64,000 nucleotides of DNA from Malacoraja senta (GCA_038087875.1 CM075995.1:5334001-5398000), one strand, 5' to 3'; positions 33,193 to 44,545 are shown, counted from the stretch's first letter. Translations and numbers: made by a program. The notes: a model not told the origin generated them from the sequence alone.

Positions 33193-34452
33193 TCTATCGA
33201 TATATTACTAAAACTCTCATTTTGTTGGTTTGTTTGTTTGTTTGTTTGTATGTGTGTGAGTTCCAGAAACTCCGCCAAAACGGTACACAATCTTTGGCCC
33301 ACTTTACTCACCATTGTCCTGGGGTGTGCATTAGCCAAGTTTCGTTCAGATTGATGTTATATTTTACAAGTTATTGACATTTTAAACTTTACAAAAAACA
33401 CTTTTCCACTTGCCCTGCCCACGCTACAATGACATCACAATGACGTCATAATGGGATCCCGAATATCATTTTTTTTAAAATTGCAATTTTCATTGACTGA
33501 TTTTATTCCCCCAAAAAACCTTTTAATCAAATTCTTCCATTTTCATTAACAGCTAACATTGTGTTTAGGTTATTTTAAAGAAAAAATGTGATTTTCATTA
33601 AGAATTTCATTTAAAAAAATTGTGATTTTCATTGTGGGGGGTTGGGATAGGGGGAGGTGAGGAGTGGGGAGTAGGGGCATAGAGGGAGAGGAGGGGGGTA
33701 TGGAGGGAGATGGAGGGGAAAGTGGGGGAGGTGAGGAGGGAGAGTGGGGGAGGAGGAGGGATAGAGGGAGAGGAGGGGGAGTGGGGGATAAAGGGAGAGG
33801 AGGGCAGTGGGGGAGGTGAGGAGGGAGTGTGGGGGTGGGATAGGGGAGGTGTGGAGTGGGGAAGCAGGGGGGTAGAGGGAGAGGAGGGAGGTAGGGAGGG
33901 GAGAGGGTTTATGGAGGGAGGGAGTGACTGAGGGTGGGGGAAAGGAGAGGGAGAGGTGAGGGAGGGAGTGGGGAGGGGGGAGGAGAGGGGAAAGAAGAGA
34001 GAGGGTGAAGAGGAGGTTGAGGGGTGCTGGGAGATTAGGGGGAATGGAGGACAGGGGTAGGAAGAGTGATGGCGAGGTAATGGAGGAGGGGAGGGGAAAG
34101 AGGGAGGAGGGGAGGGAGAGGGTGAGGGGAGGAAGCAGAGGAGGGTTGATGGAGGGTGGGGAGATAATAGAGGAGGGAATAGAGGACTGAAGAGGGAGAG
34201 TGAGATGTCTTCACATTGATCTTATATTTTACAGGTTATTGCTATTTTGAACTATAAAAACGTCACAGTCAAGCTCCCACTTGCCGGCCGCGCCTGCGCA
34301 GTTAGGGGAGGGTTGCCGTGTCTTGCGTCACAACGGAGATCTCTGGCGTCACAACGGGAACTCGTCAGCCACGCCTGCGCAGTGGGGGGCTATGGGTCAG
34401 TGGTGGAATATTGTGTTGGGGGACGGGCCCAACGGGTCCGCACCTGGTCTAG
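33193..34452 (+). mobile_element. Non-autonomous Helitron with internal G-rich tract (~33635-34205)
   Basis: A|TC start with TATATTACTAAAA; 3' hairpin GGGCCC-AAC-GGGTCC then ...CTAG|T. Confidence 0.85.
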
Positions 34453-34484
34453 TTTAAAGTAAAATTGGTGGATATTCTGACAAC

Positions 34485-34748
34485 ACCAGAGACCCGGTTC
34501 AATCCTGACTACAGTTGATGTCTGTACAGAGTTTGTACGTTCTCCCCATGACCACGTGAGTTTTCTCCAGATGCTCCGGTTTTCTCCCACACTCCAAAAA
34601 CGTACAGGTTTGTAGGTTAATTGGCTTCAGTAAAAATTGCAAATTGTCCCTAGTGTGTAGGATAGCGCTAGTGTACGGCGTGATCGCTGGTCGGCGTGGA
34701 TTCGGTAGGCGGAAGGGCTTGTTTCCATGCTGTATCTCTAAACTAAAA
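34485..34748 (+). mobile_element. V-SINE (5'-truncated)
   Basis: Box B, central domain and tail. Confidence 0.85.
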
Positions 34749-34909
34749 TTTACCTCGATATTTATATCTCAAGCGAAAACACAAGACTAGGTGCACCTGA
34801 AACCACGCTACCAGGTGCATAAGAATGACAATTCAGGGTTAGCACAAAAAGAGAGGAGGTTTGGCAATTGTTTTTCAATCCAAACAAAACATGCATAGAA
34901 TAAGCTAAC

Positions 34910-35125
34910 AGGGATAGACTCAAAAAGCTGAAGTAACTCAGTGGGATAGGCAGCATCTCTGGAGAGAAGGAATGGATGACGTTTCAGGTCGAGACCCTTC
35001 TTCAGTCTTGACCCGAATCGTCACCCATTCCTTCTCTCCAGAGATGCTGCCTGTCCCGCTGACTTACTCCAGCTTTTTGTGTCTATCTTCGTTTTAGACC
35101 AGCATCTGCAGTTCATTTTCACACA
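34910..35125. mobile_element. Palindromic Penelope-derived insertion
   Basis: Inverted arms around CCCTTCTTCAG; ATAAGCTA on both flanks. Confidence 0.8.
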
Positions 35126-35944
35126 TAAGCTACAGGGAAATCACTTGAAGTTCACAGCATGAAGAGATGTAAAATGGATGCACTTCTGACAACTGACAGT
35201 GGAACATTGATAGAAGGTGGAATCGATCCACGGAAAAGACCTACAGTAGAAACCAAATGGACTTTCAGCAAATCATATCTGTGCTCTTTTTGCAACAGCA
35301 GAACATCAAAGAGCAAACTTCATGTGAAGCTCTCTCTTCACCATTGTTGCAGCTGCAGCTACAGGAATGTTGAAAACAAATTGAGCACTAAGAATGTGGG
35401 AGGAAGATTTTTGCTAAAAGTCTGCGTATTGGAAAACACATTTTGACATTTTTGGTAACCTCCGACTTGTCCGTTTTTGAAAGGTGAAAGCTATTCAAGC
35501 AGAGCTGTTCTCATCTGAAATCCATTACCAAAGCAAGGAAGTTCACACGAAAACTTCATGAAACATTGATTAGGCTTCAATCTATGGCATTCCAATCTAG
35601 TTCTGAGCACCAGACATTATATCGAGACCTTGGGAAAAATGTAGCGATTTCTCACACTGCCACAAGCGACCAGAGGTGTCACTATTACTCTGAGACGCTG
35701 GAGACTGTTGGAGTAGAGAAGTTTGATAGGCCACTTACCTGGAATTTAGAAAGAATAAATAGGAAAACCTAACTCCATCAGGAGGGTAGGTAATCAAATT
35801 TGTTTAATCAAAATGTACCAGAAATGGCAGTATTTTTGCAGCAAATAAAAAAAACCATGATCTAATATGTTCACTCTAGAAGCACAAAAGATGATTCATT
35901 AGTAACTTTCAAAAGGAAATTTCATATATATTTGTAGGTTTAAG

Positions 35945-36370
35945 GGGGTCAAATAACACAATCAAATTCGTGAGACATGATCTCCCACGCACAAAACCAC
36001 ACTGACTATGAGGGGTGATGTTATGGAGGAGTATAAAATCATGAGAGGAACAGATTGGGTAGATGTACAGAGTCTTTTGCCCAGAGTAGGTGAATCGAGG
36101 ACCAGAGGACATAGGTTTAAGGTGAAGGGGAAAAGATTTAATAGGAATCTGAGGGGTAACTTTTTCACACAAAGGGTGGTGGGTGTATGGAACAAGCTGC
36201 CAGACGAGGTAATTGAGGCTGGGACTATCTAAACATTTAAGAAGCAGTTAGACAGGTACATGGATAGGACAGGCTTGGAGGGATATGGACCAAACGCAGG
36301 CAGGTGGGACAAGTGTAGCTGGGATATGTTGGCTGGTGTGGGCACGTTTCCACACTGTATCATTCTCTAC
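35945..36370 (+). mobile_element. CR1 3' fragment preceded by an inverted RT piece (35945-36010, -)
   Basis: SQCGFVRGRSCLTNL on -, then MRGD...FFTQRVVGVWNKLP on +. Confidence 0.8.
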
Positions 36371-36904
36371 GATAACTCCTAATCAACCCCTGCTTTCCAA
36401 ATGCATGTATATCTTATCCCTCAGAATCCTCTCTAGTAAGCCCATCTTAAATAGAGGCACAACACTCGCTGTCCTCTAGTCTTCCATCCATCATTCCTTT
36501 CAGTCACCCATATCTAACAATGATTCATGTACCTCACCCAGGCCTCCTGTAATTTCTCTAGCTTCCCATATACCTGATCGGGCCTGAGAAATGTATCTAC
36601 CTTCATACATCTTAGGAAGTCCAACACCACCTCAACTACAAGACAGGCACTCGGAACGTCCTTTTAACTTTCCCCAATTCCCTAGTCTTCATGCCTTTCT
36701 CTGCAGTAAAAACAAATACTCATTGAGGACCTTGCCCATTTCCTGTATCTTCACACGTAGATAACCACTGTGGTTTCCGAGGGGCCCTATTCTCTTTCTA
36801 ATTACTCTTTTTCCTAAAGTATACATAAAATCTGTTTGGATTCTCCATAACCTGTGTACCTGAGCTATCTCGTGTCCCCTTTTTGACCCCTACTTTTCTT
36901 CTTA

Positions 36905-37260
36905 CGATACAATGGAACTTTATTTATCTCAGGGTGTAAATGGACCTGCCAACAGTTATAAAATGCAAAATACATGAAATTAATGTGACCAATGGAAAGG
37001 ATTGGGGATGTGCAAAGATTGGGGAGGAGTGGGAGTCAGTCTCTATCTCAGTCTACCCCACGACAGAAGGGGGAGGAGTTGTACAGTTTGATAGCCACAG
37101 CAAAGAAGGATCTTCATACAGTTCTGTCCTGCATCTTGGTGGAACCAGTCTGTTGCTGAAGGTACCCCTCAGGTTAACCAGTGTGTCATGGAGGGGGTGA
37201 GCTGTATTGTCCAGGATGCTCCGCAGTTTGAGGAGCATCCTCCCCTCCAAGACCATCTCC
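36905..37260 (-). mobile_element. Rex/Babar-like 3' fragment inside an old CR1 relic (~36395-37455)
   Basis: ILDNTAHPLH...RLVPPRCRTE peptide. Confidence 0.7.
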
Positions 37261-37703
37261 CATGTTCTTCAGGGACATGCACACCTTGAACTCTCACTAG
37301 TACTTTTTAAAGTATTCCACTTTTTAGATGTCCTTTTCTACTGCAATCAACTTTTGCAAGCTCCTGTCCAATACCATCAAAATTATATTTGGCCCAATTT
37401 AAAACTTTAACTTCTGGACCCGCCCTGTCCTTATCCATAACTATTTAAAGCAAATAGAATTGTGGTTGCTGGGACTGAATCTGGAGGTATGTGTTTTCAA
37501 GCTTCTGTACCTCTTGCCTGATGGGAGAGGGGAGAAGAGGGAGTGACCGGGGTGAGACTAGTCCTTGATTATGCTGCTGGCCTTCCCAAGCTCCCCACAA
37601 TCCCTGCCTCTCCCTTTGGATCCTGAGATCTGAGCTCCCAAAACCGCCAATTACTTTTTTGATGATGGTTTACTAAGTCACTTCTTAAACCTTTAAGGAA
37701 AGG

Positions 37704-37705
<2 letters not shown>

Positions 37706-37736
<31 letters not shown>

Positions 37737-37757
37737 GTCTCTCTGTCTCTCTGTCTC

Positions 37758-37792
<35 letters not shown>

Positions 37793-37797
37793 GTCTC

Positions 37798-37828
<31 letters not shown>

Positions 37829-38200
37829 TTTTATTTTATTATATGTTATATTATTATAACATTTTATTATACGTTATATTATATATATTATATTATATTA
37901 TATATATTTTATTATATATATATATATATATTTATATATAATTAAAACTCTGATCTTGTGCTCTTCCGGTTTTTCTATTTGCGCAAAACGGTACGCGATA
38001 ACGCTACGATTTTTCATCAGCTCACTCACCGTTCTCATGTGCTGCGAGTGCACCAAGTTTTGTTCTGATCGGTAGTATGTTGTAAAAGTCAGCAAGGTTT
38101 AAAAATCGTAAAAAACACTCATGTGCAGGTCATTCTCCTCTCCTGCCGCTCAGCGCCGAGCGGATTGATCGCTTCTCCTGTCACTCCCCCGGACGGTCCG
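37706..38200 (+). mobile_element. Helitron 5' portion with expanded (TCTA)n/(TCTG)n/(TA)n; 3' end not found
   Basis: A|TC start; 37935-38110 aligns with the 5' part of the 33193 Helitron. Confidence 0.65.
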
Positions 38201-39136
38201 CCCCTTCCTGCACCATCATGTCTTTACTGGAGCTGAGGATGGCCGGCGGAGGTCTCCAACCAGACACAATTTTCGGAGGGACCAGAAGTGGCCCGGCCCG
38301 AAGTCACCAAACGGAAAGCGGAGTCTGATCCCGGTGGAGGAGTGTCCAGAGCCCGCTGTGAGACTCAAACCCATCGCCATCATAATGCCCCGCAGCTCCA
38401 GCCCCTTCCCTTCTGGTCCCCTTCGCTGGCTCCTGCTCCCCTCTCCCGCGATACCCCCCTTTCCCCCATCGCTCTTCCCCCGTCTTTTCTCTGACCGCTC
38501 CCCCCCATCCACACGCCAGCACAGCTGTAGCTGCTGGTGCTTCTGGGCCGATCCGAGGCCTGGCTCTGAGGGCACCGATGGCTGATGCTTCTCCCGGGCA
38601 CGCAAGCAGGGAGAGGAGCGGCAACCTCGAGCAGGGGCGGAAATCGCTGTCAAAACATGGGGGAGGGGGGGGGACACACAATTTCTTGGTGACCACGCGC
38701 GCACACACTCATGCAAGGCTTCGGCCGTGGGCCCTGTGGACGGTAACATCGGGAGGTGACCTGGTTGGTGACCGACTCCGAACTCCAGCAACAGCAGCTT
38801 CGTTCGCCCGAATCATAGGCTTGAATCGGCCCGTTCGCGGGGCCTTTCATCGCCCGGCGCGGCATAAAATCGGCCGGCGGGGGCTTCATCATCGGGAGCC
38901 TCGATCGCCTCGATCACCTCGATGAGCGGATTGATTTGAAGCCATGCCGGGCCCCGCGAACGGGCCGATTCAGCCCTTAGAAAGCGTCCGATACCCACTT
39001 GAATCTTTCAAAAGCTACAATGGATCACATTGTGATAAATAGATACATAGATACATAGAAATTAGGTGCAGGAGTAGGCCATTCGGCCCTTCGAGCCTGC
39101 ACCGCCATTCAATACGATCATGGCTGATCATCCAAC

Positions 39137-42100
39137 TCAGTATCCCGTACCTGCCTTCTCTCCATACCCCCTGATCCCTTTAGCCACAAGGGCCACATCT
39201 AATTCCCTCTTAAATATAGCCAATGAACTGGCCTCAACTACCCTCTGTGGCAGAGAGTTCCAGAGATTCACCACTCTCTGTGTGAAAAAGTTTTTCCTCA
39301 TCTCGGTCTTAAAGGATTTTCCCCTTATCCTTAAGCTGTGACCCCTTGTCCTGGACTTCCCCAACATCGGGAACAATCTTCCTGCATCTAGCCTGTCCAA
39401 CCCCATAAGAATCTTGTACGTTTCTATAAGATCCCCTCTCAATCTCCTAAATTCTAGCGAGTATAAGCCAAGTCTATCCAGTCTTTCTTCATATGAAAGT
39501 CCTGACATCCCAGGAATCAGTCTGGTGAACCTTCTCTGCACTCCCTCTATGGCTATAATGTCCTTCCTCAGATTTGGAGACCAAAACTGTACGCAATACT
39601 CCAGGTGTGGTCTCACCAAGACCCTGTACAACTGCAGTAGAACCTCACTGCTCCTATACTCAAATCCTCTTGCTATGAAGGCCAACATACCATTCGCTTT
39701 CTTCACTGCCTGCTGCACCTGCATGCCTACTTTCAATGACTGGTGTACCATGACACCCAGGTCTCGCTGCATCTCCCCATTTCCTAATCGGCCACCATTT
39801 AGATAATAGTCTGCCTTCCCGTTTTTGCTACCAAAGTGGATAACCTCACATTTATCCACATTATACTGCATCTGCCAAACATTTGCCCACTCACCCAGCC
39901 TATCCAAGTCACCTTGCAGTCTCCTAGCATCCTCCTCACAGCTAACACTGCCCCCCAGCTTAGTGTCATCCGCAAACTTGGAGATGTTGCTTTCAATTCC
40001 TTCGTCCAGATCATTAATATAAATTGTAAATAGCTGGGGTCCCAGCACTGAGCCTTGTGGTACCCCACTAGTCACTGCCTGCCATTGTGAAAAGGACCCG
40101 TTTACTCCTACTCTTTGCTTCCTGTTTGCCAGCCAGTTCTCTATCCACATCAATACTGAATCCCCAATACCGTGTGATTTAAGTTTGTATCCTAATCTCT
40201 TATGTGGTACCTTGTCGAAAGCCTTCTGAAAGTCCAGATACAACACATCCACTGGTTCTCCCCTATCCACTCTACTAGTTACATCCTCGAAAAATTCTAT
40301 AAGATTCGTCAGACACGATTTACCTTTCGTAAATCCATGCTGACTTTGTCCAATGATTTCACCACTTTCCAAATGTGCTGCTATCCCATCTTTAATAACT
40401 GACTCTAGCAGTTTCCCCACTACCGATGTTAGACTAACTGGTCTGTAATTCCCCGTTTTCTCTCTCCCTCCCTTCTTAAAAAGTGGGGTTACGTTTGCTA
40501 CCCTCCAATCCTCAGGAACTACTCCAGAATCTAAAGAGTTTTGAAAAATTATCACTAATGCATCCACTATTTCTGGAGCTACTTCCTTAAGTACTCTGGG
40601 ATGCAGCCTATCTGGCCCTGGTGATTTATCGGCCTTTAATCCATTCAATTTACCCAACACCACTTCCCGACTAACCTGGATTTCACTCAGTTCCTCCATC
40701 TCCTTTGACCCGCGGCCCCCTGCTATTTCCGGCAGATTATTTATGTCTTCCTTAGTGAAGACGGAACCAAAGTAGTTATTCAATTGGTCTGCCATATCCT
40801 TGTTCCCCATGATCAATTCACCTGTTTCTGACTGCAAGGGACCTACATTTGATTTAACTAATCTCTTTCTCTTCACATATCTATAAAAACCTTTGCAGTC
40901 AGTTTTTATGTTCCCTGCCAGTTTCCTTTCATAATCTATTTTCCCTTTCCTAATTAAGCCCTTTGTCCTCCTCTGCTGGTCTCTGAATTTCTCCCAGTCC
41001 TCTGGTATGCTGCTTTTTCTGGCTAATTTGTACGCATCATCTTTTGCTTTGATACTATCCCTGATTTCCCTTGTTATCCACGGATGCACTACCTTCCTTG
41101 ATTTATTCTTTTGCCAAACTGGGATGAACAATTTTTGTAGTTCATCCATGCAGTCTTTAAATGCCTTCCATTGCATATCCACCGTCAACCCTTTTAGAAC
41201 TAATTGCCAGTCAATCTTGGCCAATTCACGTCTCATACCCTCAAAGTTACCTTTCTTTAAGTTCAGAACCGTTGTTTCTGAATTAACAATGTCACTCTCC
41301 ATCCTAATGAAGAACTCAACCATATTATGATCACTCTTGCCCAAGGGGGCACGCACAACAAGTCTGCTAACTAACCCTTCCTCATTACTCAATACCCAGT
41401 CTAGAATAGCCTGCTCTCTCGTTGGTTCCTCTACATGTTGGTTTAGATAACTATACCTCATACATTCCAAGAAATCCTCTTCCTCAGCACCCCTGCCAAT
41501 TTGATTCACCCAATCTATATGTAGATTGAAGTCACCCATTATAACTGTTTTGCCTTTGTTGCACGCATTTCTAATTTCCTGTTTGATGCCATCCCCAACT
41601 TCACTACTACTGCTAGGTGGCCTGTACACAACGCCCACCAGCGTTTTCTGCCCCTTAGTGTTTCGCAGCTCTACCCATACCGATTCCACATCCTCCAAGC
41701 TAATGTCCTTCCTTTCCACTGCGTTAATCTCCTCTCTAACCAGCAACGCCACCCCACCTCCTTTTCCTTTCTCTCTATCCCTCCTGAATATTGAATATCC
41801 CTGGATGTTCAGCTCCCAGCCTTGGTCACCTTGGAGCCATGTCTCCGTGATCCCAACTATATCATAATCATTAATTGCTATCTGCACGTTCAACTCATCC
41901 ACCTTATTACGAATGCTCCTTGCATTGAGACACAAAGCCTTCAGACTTGTTTTTACAACGCTCTTACCCCTTATACAATTATGTTGAAAAGTGGCTCTTT
42001 TTGATTTTTGCCCTGGATTTGTCTGCCTGCCACTTTTACCTTTCACCTTGCTACCTATTGCTTCCGCCCGCATTTTACACCCCTCTGTTTCTCTGCTCAC

Positions 42101-42262
42101 CCATTTAAGAACCCCACCACCTCTTATTCTCTGTTTATTATTGTTTTCTTCTTTCCCCCCTACATGTTGGGTCTGAGTGCTTTCCTTCTCTGCCTCCTGC
42201 CTCACACACTGTCTAATAGCATTCTCTATTTGAGTCCCTCCCCCCAACCATTCTAGTTTAAA
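39137..42262 (-). CDS. CR1 ORF2: APE endonuclease plus RT (frame open from the slippery site; first ATG after it at 42073)
   Basis: CLNARS, ITETWL, GDFN, SDHN, YRPVSLTS, QGSVLGP, FADD; no stops. Confidence 0.95.
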   Translation of the reverse strand, partial: FKLEWLGGGTQIENAIRQCVRQEAEKESTQTQHVGGKEENNNKQRIRGGGVLKWVSRETEGCKMRAEAIGSKVKGKSGRQTNPGQKSKRATFQHNCIRGKSVVKTSLKALCLNARSIRNKVDELNVQIAINDYDIVGITETWLQGDQGWELNIQGYSIFRRDREKGKGGGVALLVREEINAVERKDISLEDVESVWVELRNTKGQKTLVGVVYRPPSSSSEVGDGIKQEIRNACNKGKTVIMGDFNLHIDWVNQIGRGAEEEDFLECMRYSYLNQHVEEPTREQAILDWVLSNEEGLVSRLVVRAPLGKSDHNMVEFFIRMESDIVNSETTVLNLKKGNFEGMRRELAKIDWQLVLKGLTVDMQWKAFKDCMDELQKLFIPVWQKNKSRKVVHPWITREIRDSIKAKDDAYKLARKSSIPEDWEKFRDQQRRTKGLIRKGKIDYERKLAGNIKTDCKGFYRYVKRKRLVKSNVGPLQSETGELIMGNKDMADQLNNYFGSVFTKEDINNLPEIAGGRGSKEMEELSEIQVSREVVLGKLNGLKADKSPGPDRLHPRVLKEVAPEIVDALVIIFQNSLDSGVVPEDWRVANVTPLFKKGGREKTGNYRPVSLTSVVGKLLESVIKDGIAAHLESGEIIGQSQHGFTKGKSCLTNLIEFFEDVTSRVDRGEPVDVLYLDFQKAFDKVPHKRLGYKLKSHGIGDSVLMWIENWLANRKQRVGVNGSFSQWQAVTSGVPQGSVLGPQLFTIYINDLDEGIESNISKFADDTKLGGSVSCEEDARRLQGDLDRLGEWANVWQMQYNVDKCEVIHFGSKNGKADYYLNGGRLGNGEMQRDLGVMVHQSLKVGMQVQQAVKKANGMLAFIARGFEYRSSEVLLQLYRVLVRPHLEYCVQFWSPNLRKDIIAIEGVQRRFTRLIPGMSGLSYEERLDRLGLYSLEFRRLRGDLIETYKILMGLDRLDAGRLFPMLGKSRTRGHSLRIRGKSFKTEMRKNFFTQRVVNLWNSLPQRVVEASSLAIFKRELDVALVAKGIRGYGEKAGTGY

Positions 42263-43188
42263 GTCTCCCCAGTAGCCTTTGCAGATCTCCCCGCCAGGAT
42301 ATCGGTCCCCCTCAGGTTCAAGTGCAACCCATCCTTTTTGTACAGGTCGAACCTTCCACAAAAGAAGTCCCAATGATCCAGAAATTTGAATCCCTGCCTT
42401 CTGCACCAGTCCTTCAGCCACGCATTAATCCTCCACCTCGCTCCATTCCTACTCTCACTGTCGCGTGGTACAGGCAGTAATCCCGAGATTGTTACCTTTG
42501 CTGTCCTTCTCTTTAACTCCCCTCCTAACTCCCTAAATTCTCCTTTCAGGACCTCTTCTCTTTTTTTACCTATGTCATTGGTACCTATATGTATCACGAC
42601 CTCGGGCTCCTCTCCCTGCCCTTTCAGGATGTCTTGGACACGTTGGGACACATCACAGACCCTGGCACCAGGGAGGCAAACTACCATCCGGGTCTCCCGA
42701 CTGCGTCCACAGAATCGCCTGTCTGACCCCCTAACTATAGAGTCCCCTATTAATATTGCCCTCCTCTTCTTTTCCTTACGCTTCTGAGCAACAGGACCGG
42801 TCTCTATACCGGAGGCCCGGCTGCTGTCGCTACCCCCAGGTAGGCTGTCCACCCCAACAGTGCTCAAACAGGAGTACTTATTGTCAAGGTGTACAGCCAC
42901 CAGGGTACTCTCTAGTCCCTGCCTGTGCCCCTTGCCTCTCCCAACCGTGATCCACTTGCCTGCCTCCTGTGGTGTTGGAGTGACCACATCCCTGTAACTC
43001 CTCTCAATGACTTCCTCGCTCTCCCTGACTAGACGGAGGTCATCGAGCTGCTGCTCCAGGTTCCTAATACGGTCCATTAGGAGCCCCATCTCGATACACC
43101 TGGCGCAGATGTGGACGTCTGGAGGGCTAACAGACTCCATGACTTCCCACATCTGACATCCAGAACAGTAAACTGCCCTGGCCGTCAT
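42253..43188 (-). CDS. CR1 ORF1p: zinc finger, coiled coil, SGNH esterase (311 aa from MTARAVYC)
   Basis: CSGC...CARC, GDSIV, LPGA, HIGTND, DGLHL. Confidence 0.93.
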   Translation of the reverse strand: MTARAVYCSGCQMWEVMESVSPPDVHICARCIEMGLLMDRIRNLEQQLDDLRLVRESEEVIERSYRDVVTPTPQEAGKWITVGRGKGHRQGLESTLVAVHLDNKYSCLSTVGVDSLPGGSDSSRASGIETGPVAQKRKEKKRRAILIGDSIVRGSDRRFCGRSRETRMVVCLPGARVCDVSQRVQDILKGQGEEPEVVIHIGTNDIGKKREEVLKGEFRELGGELKRRTAKVTISGLLPVPRDSESRNGARWRINAWLKDWCRRQGFKFLDHWDFFCGRFDLYKKDGLHLNLRGTDILAGRSAKATGETLN

Positions 43189-43210
43189 ACTCCCCTTACC
43201 CTGGATAGAA

Positions 43211-43334
43211 TATAAAACAAACTGATAGAATACAAAACAAACTGCTACAATACAAAACAAACTGCTACAATACAAAACAAACTGCTACAATACAAAACAA
43301 ACTGCTACAATACAAAACAAACTGCTACAATACA
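43211..43334. repeat. 20-bp tandem repeat, ~6 copies, in CR1 5' UTR
   Basis: Unit TACAAAACAAACTGCTACAA. Confidence 0.97.
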
Positions 43335-43441
43335 GTACAATCAGCAGGGATCTGACTCCCAATCAGCTGCTCCCTCTTGTCTGCGTCCACCAATCAGCGA
43401 CTTCCTCAAACCCACTTGTTTTTGAAGTGGAACGTTGCCGA

Positions 43442-43910
43442 TTTCGGACCTCTGTTAGGAACAAGCCCCCGCACTCCTTTTTAAGTCCTACCGCTCGGTT
43501 GTAGCTCCTCCCTCAGCGACCTCTCCAACGGCTTTCGGACCTCTGTTAGGAACAAGCCCCCGCGCTCCTTTTTAAATCCTACCGCTCGGTTGTAGCTCCT
43601 CCCTCAGCAACCTCTCCAACGGCTTTCGGACCTCTGTTAGGAACAAGCCCCCGCGCTCCTTTTTAAGTCCTACCGCTCGGTTGTAGCTCCTCCCTCAGCG
43701 ACCTCTCCAACGGCTTTCGGACCTCTGTTAGGAACAAGCCCCCGCGCTCCTTTTTAAGTCCTACCGCTCGGTTGTAGCTCCTCCCTCAGCAACCTCTCCA
43801 ACGGCTTTCGGACCTCTGTTAGGAACAAGCCCCCGCGCTCCTTTTTAAGTCCTACCGCTCGGTTGTAGCTCCTCCCTCAGCGACCTCTCCAACGGCTTTC
43901 GGACCTCTGT
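43442..43910. repeat. 91-bp tandem repeat, ~5.2 copies, in CR1 5' UTR
   Basis: Unit starts at 43442, 43533, 43624, 43715, 43806, 43897. Confidence 0.97.
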
Positions 43911-44060
43911 CCGAAAGGCAAACAGAAGAACCAACCTTGGAGGGGGGGAGAGAGAGAGAGATGGGAAAAACATACTAAGTAACGTGAGTGACCGTGAATG
44001 AGGGACTTACCTGCAAGCCAGCCAGGAAACCCGTTCGACCGGAGCCCTTAATGACCTGAC

Positions 44061-44273
44061 CCACAGAGGGTAGTTGAGGCCAGTTCATTGGCTATATTTA
44101 AGAGGGAGTTAGATGTGGCCCTTGTGGCTAAAGGGATCAGGGGGTATGGAGAGAAGGCAGGTACGGGATACTGAGTTGGATGATCAGCCATGATCATATT
44201 GAATGGCGGTGCAGGCTCGAAGGGCCGAATGGCCTACTCCTGCACCTATTTTCTATGTATCTATGTATCTATG
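44061..44273 (+). mobile_element. Short CR1 3' end of the same subfamily as element D, joined head-to-head to it
   Basis: Reverse complement of 39039-39250 with about 3 differences; same tail unit. Confidence 0.93.
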
Positions 44274-44545
44274 ACCCGTTTAAATCTGATACCTGTTTAA
44301 ATCTTTCCCATCCACAAATAAATCCAATTAGTTCAAATGGCAATTGTACCCGCATCAGACAGCTTTAAGAAATTCTCCGTGAATACCTTCAGTAATACTT
44401 GAAGGTCAAAACACAATTGGTGACACATCATGTTAATACGATGTTAATGGAGACATTTAACAAGCGCTTAACAGTGACAACCCCACTGTCTCGTGGAAAG
44501 CGGAGATTTCAATAGGTTTTTTTTGACCGAATTCAAAATCAGGTT

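Larger units (their letters stand above)
39039..44060 (-). mobile_element. Full-length, apparently intact CR1 LINE (element D)
   Basis: Long 5' UTR, uninterrupted ORF1 and ORF2, (ATCTATGT)n tail. Confidence 0.95.

Noticed and set aside
35159..35446. 95-aa Cys-containing ORF in unique DNA
   Set aside because: No recognisable domain or exon context; length is compatible with chance
42263..42421. N-terminal extension of the 1094-aa ORF call
   Set aside because: Starts at a non-ATG codon inside ORF1 in another frame and is not matched in element C, where that frame is closed just upstream of the slippery site
43442..43910. Regular repeat array as possible CRISPR
   Set aside because: Units are contiguous and near-identical, with no variable spacers
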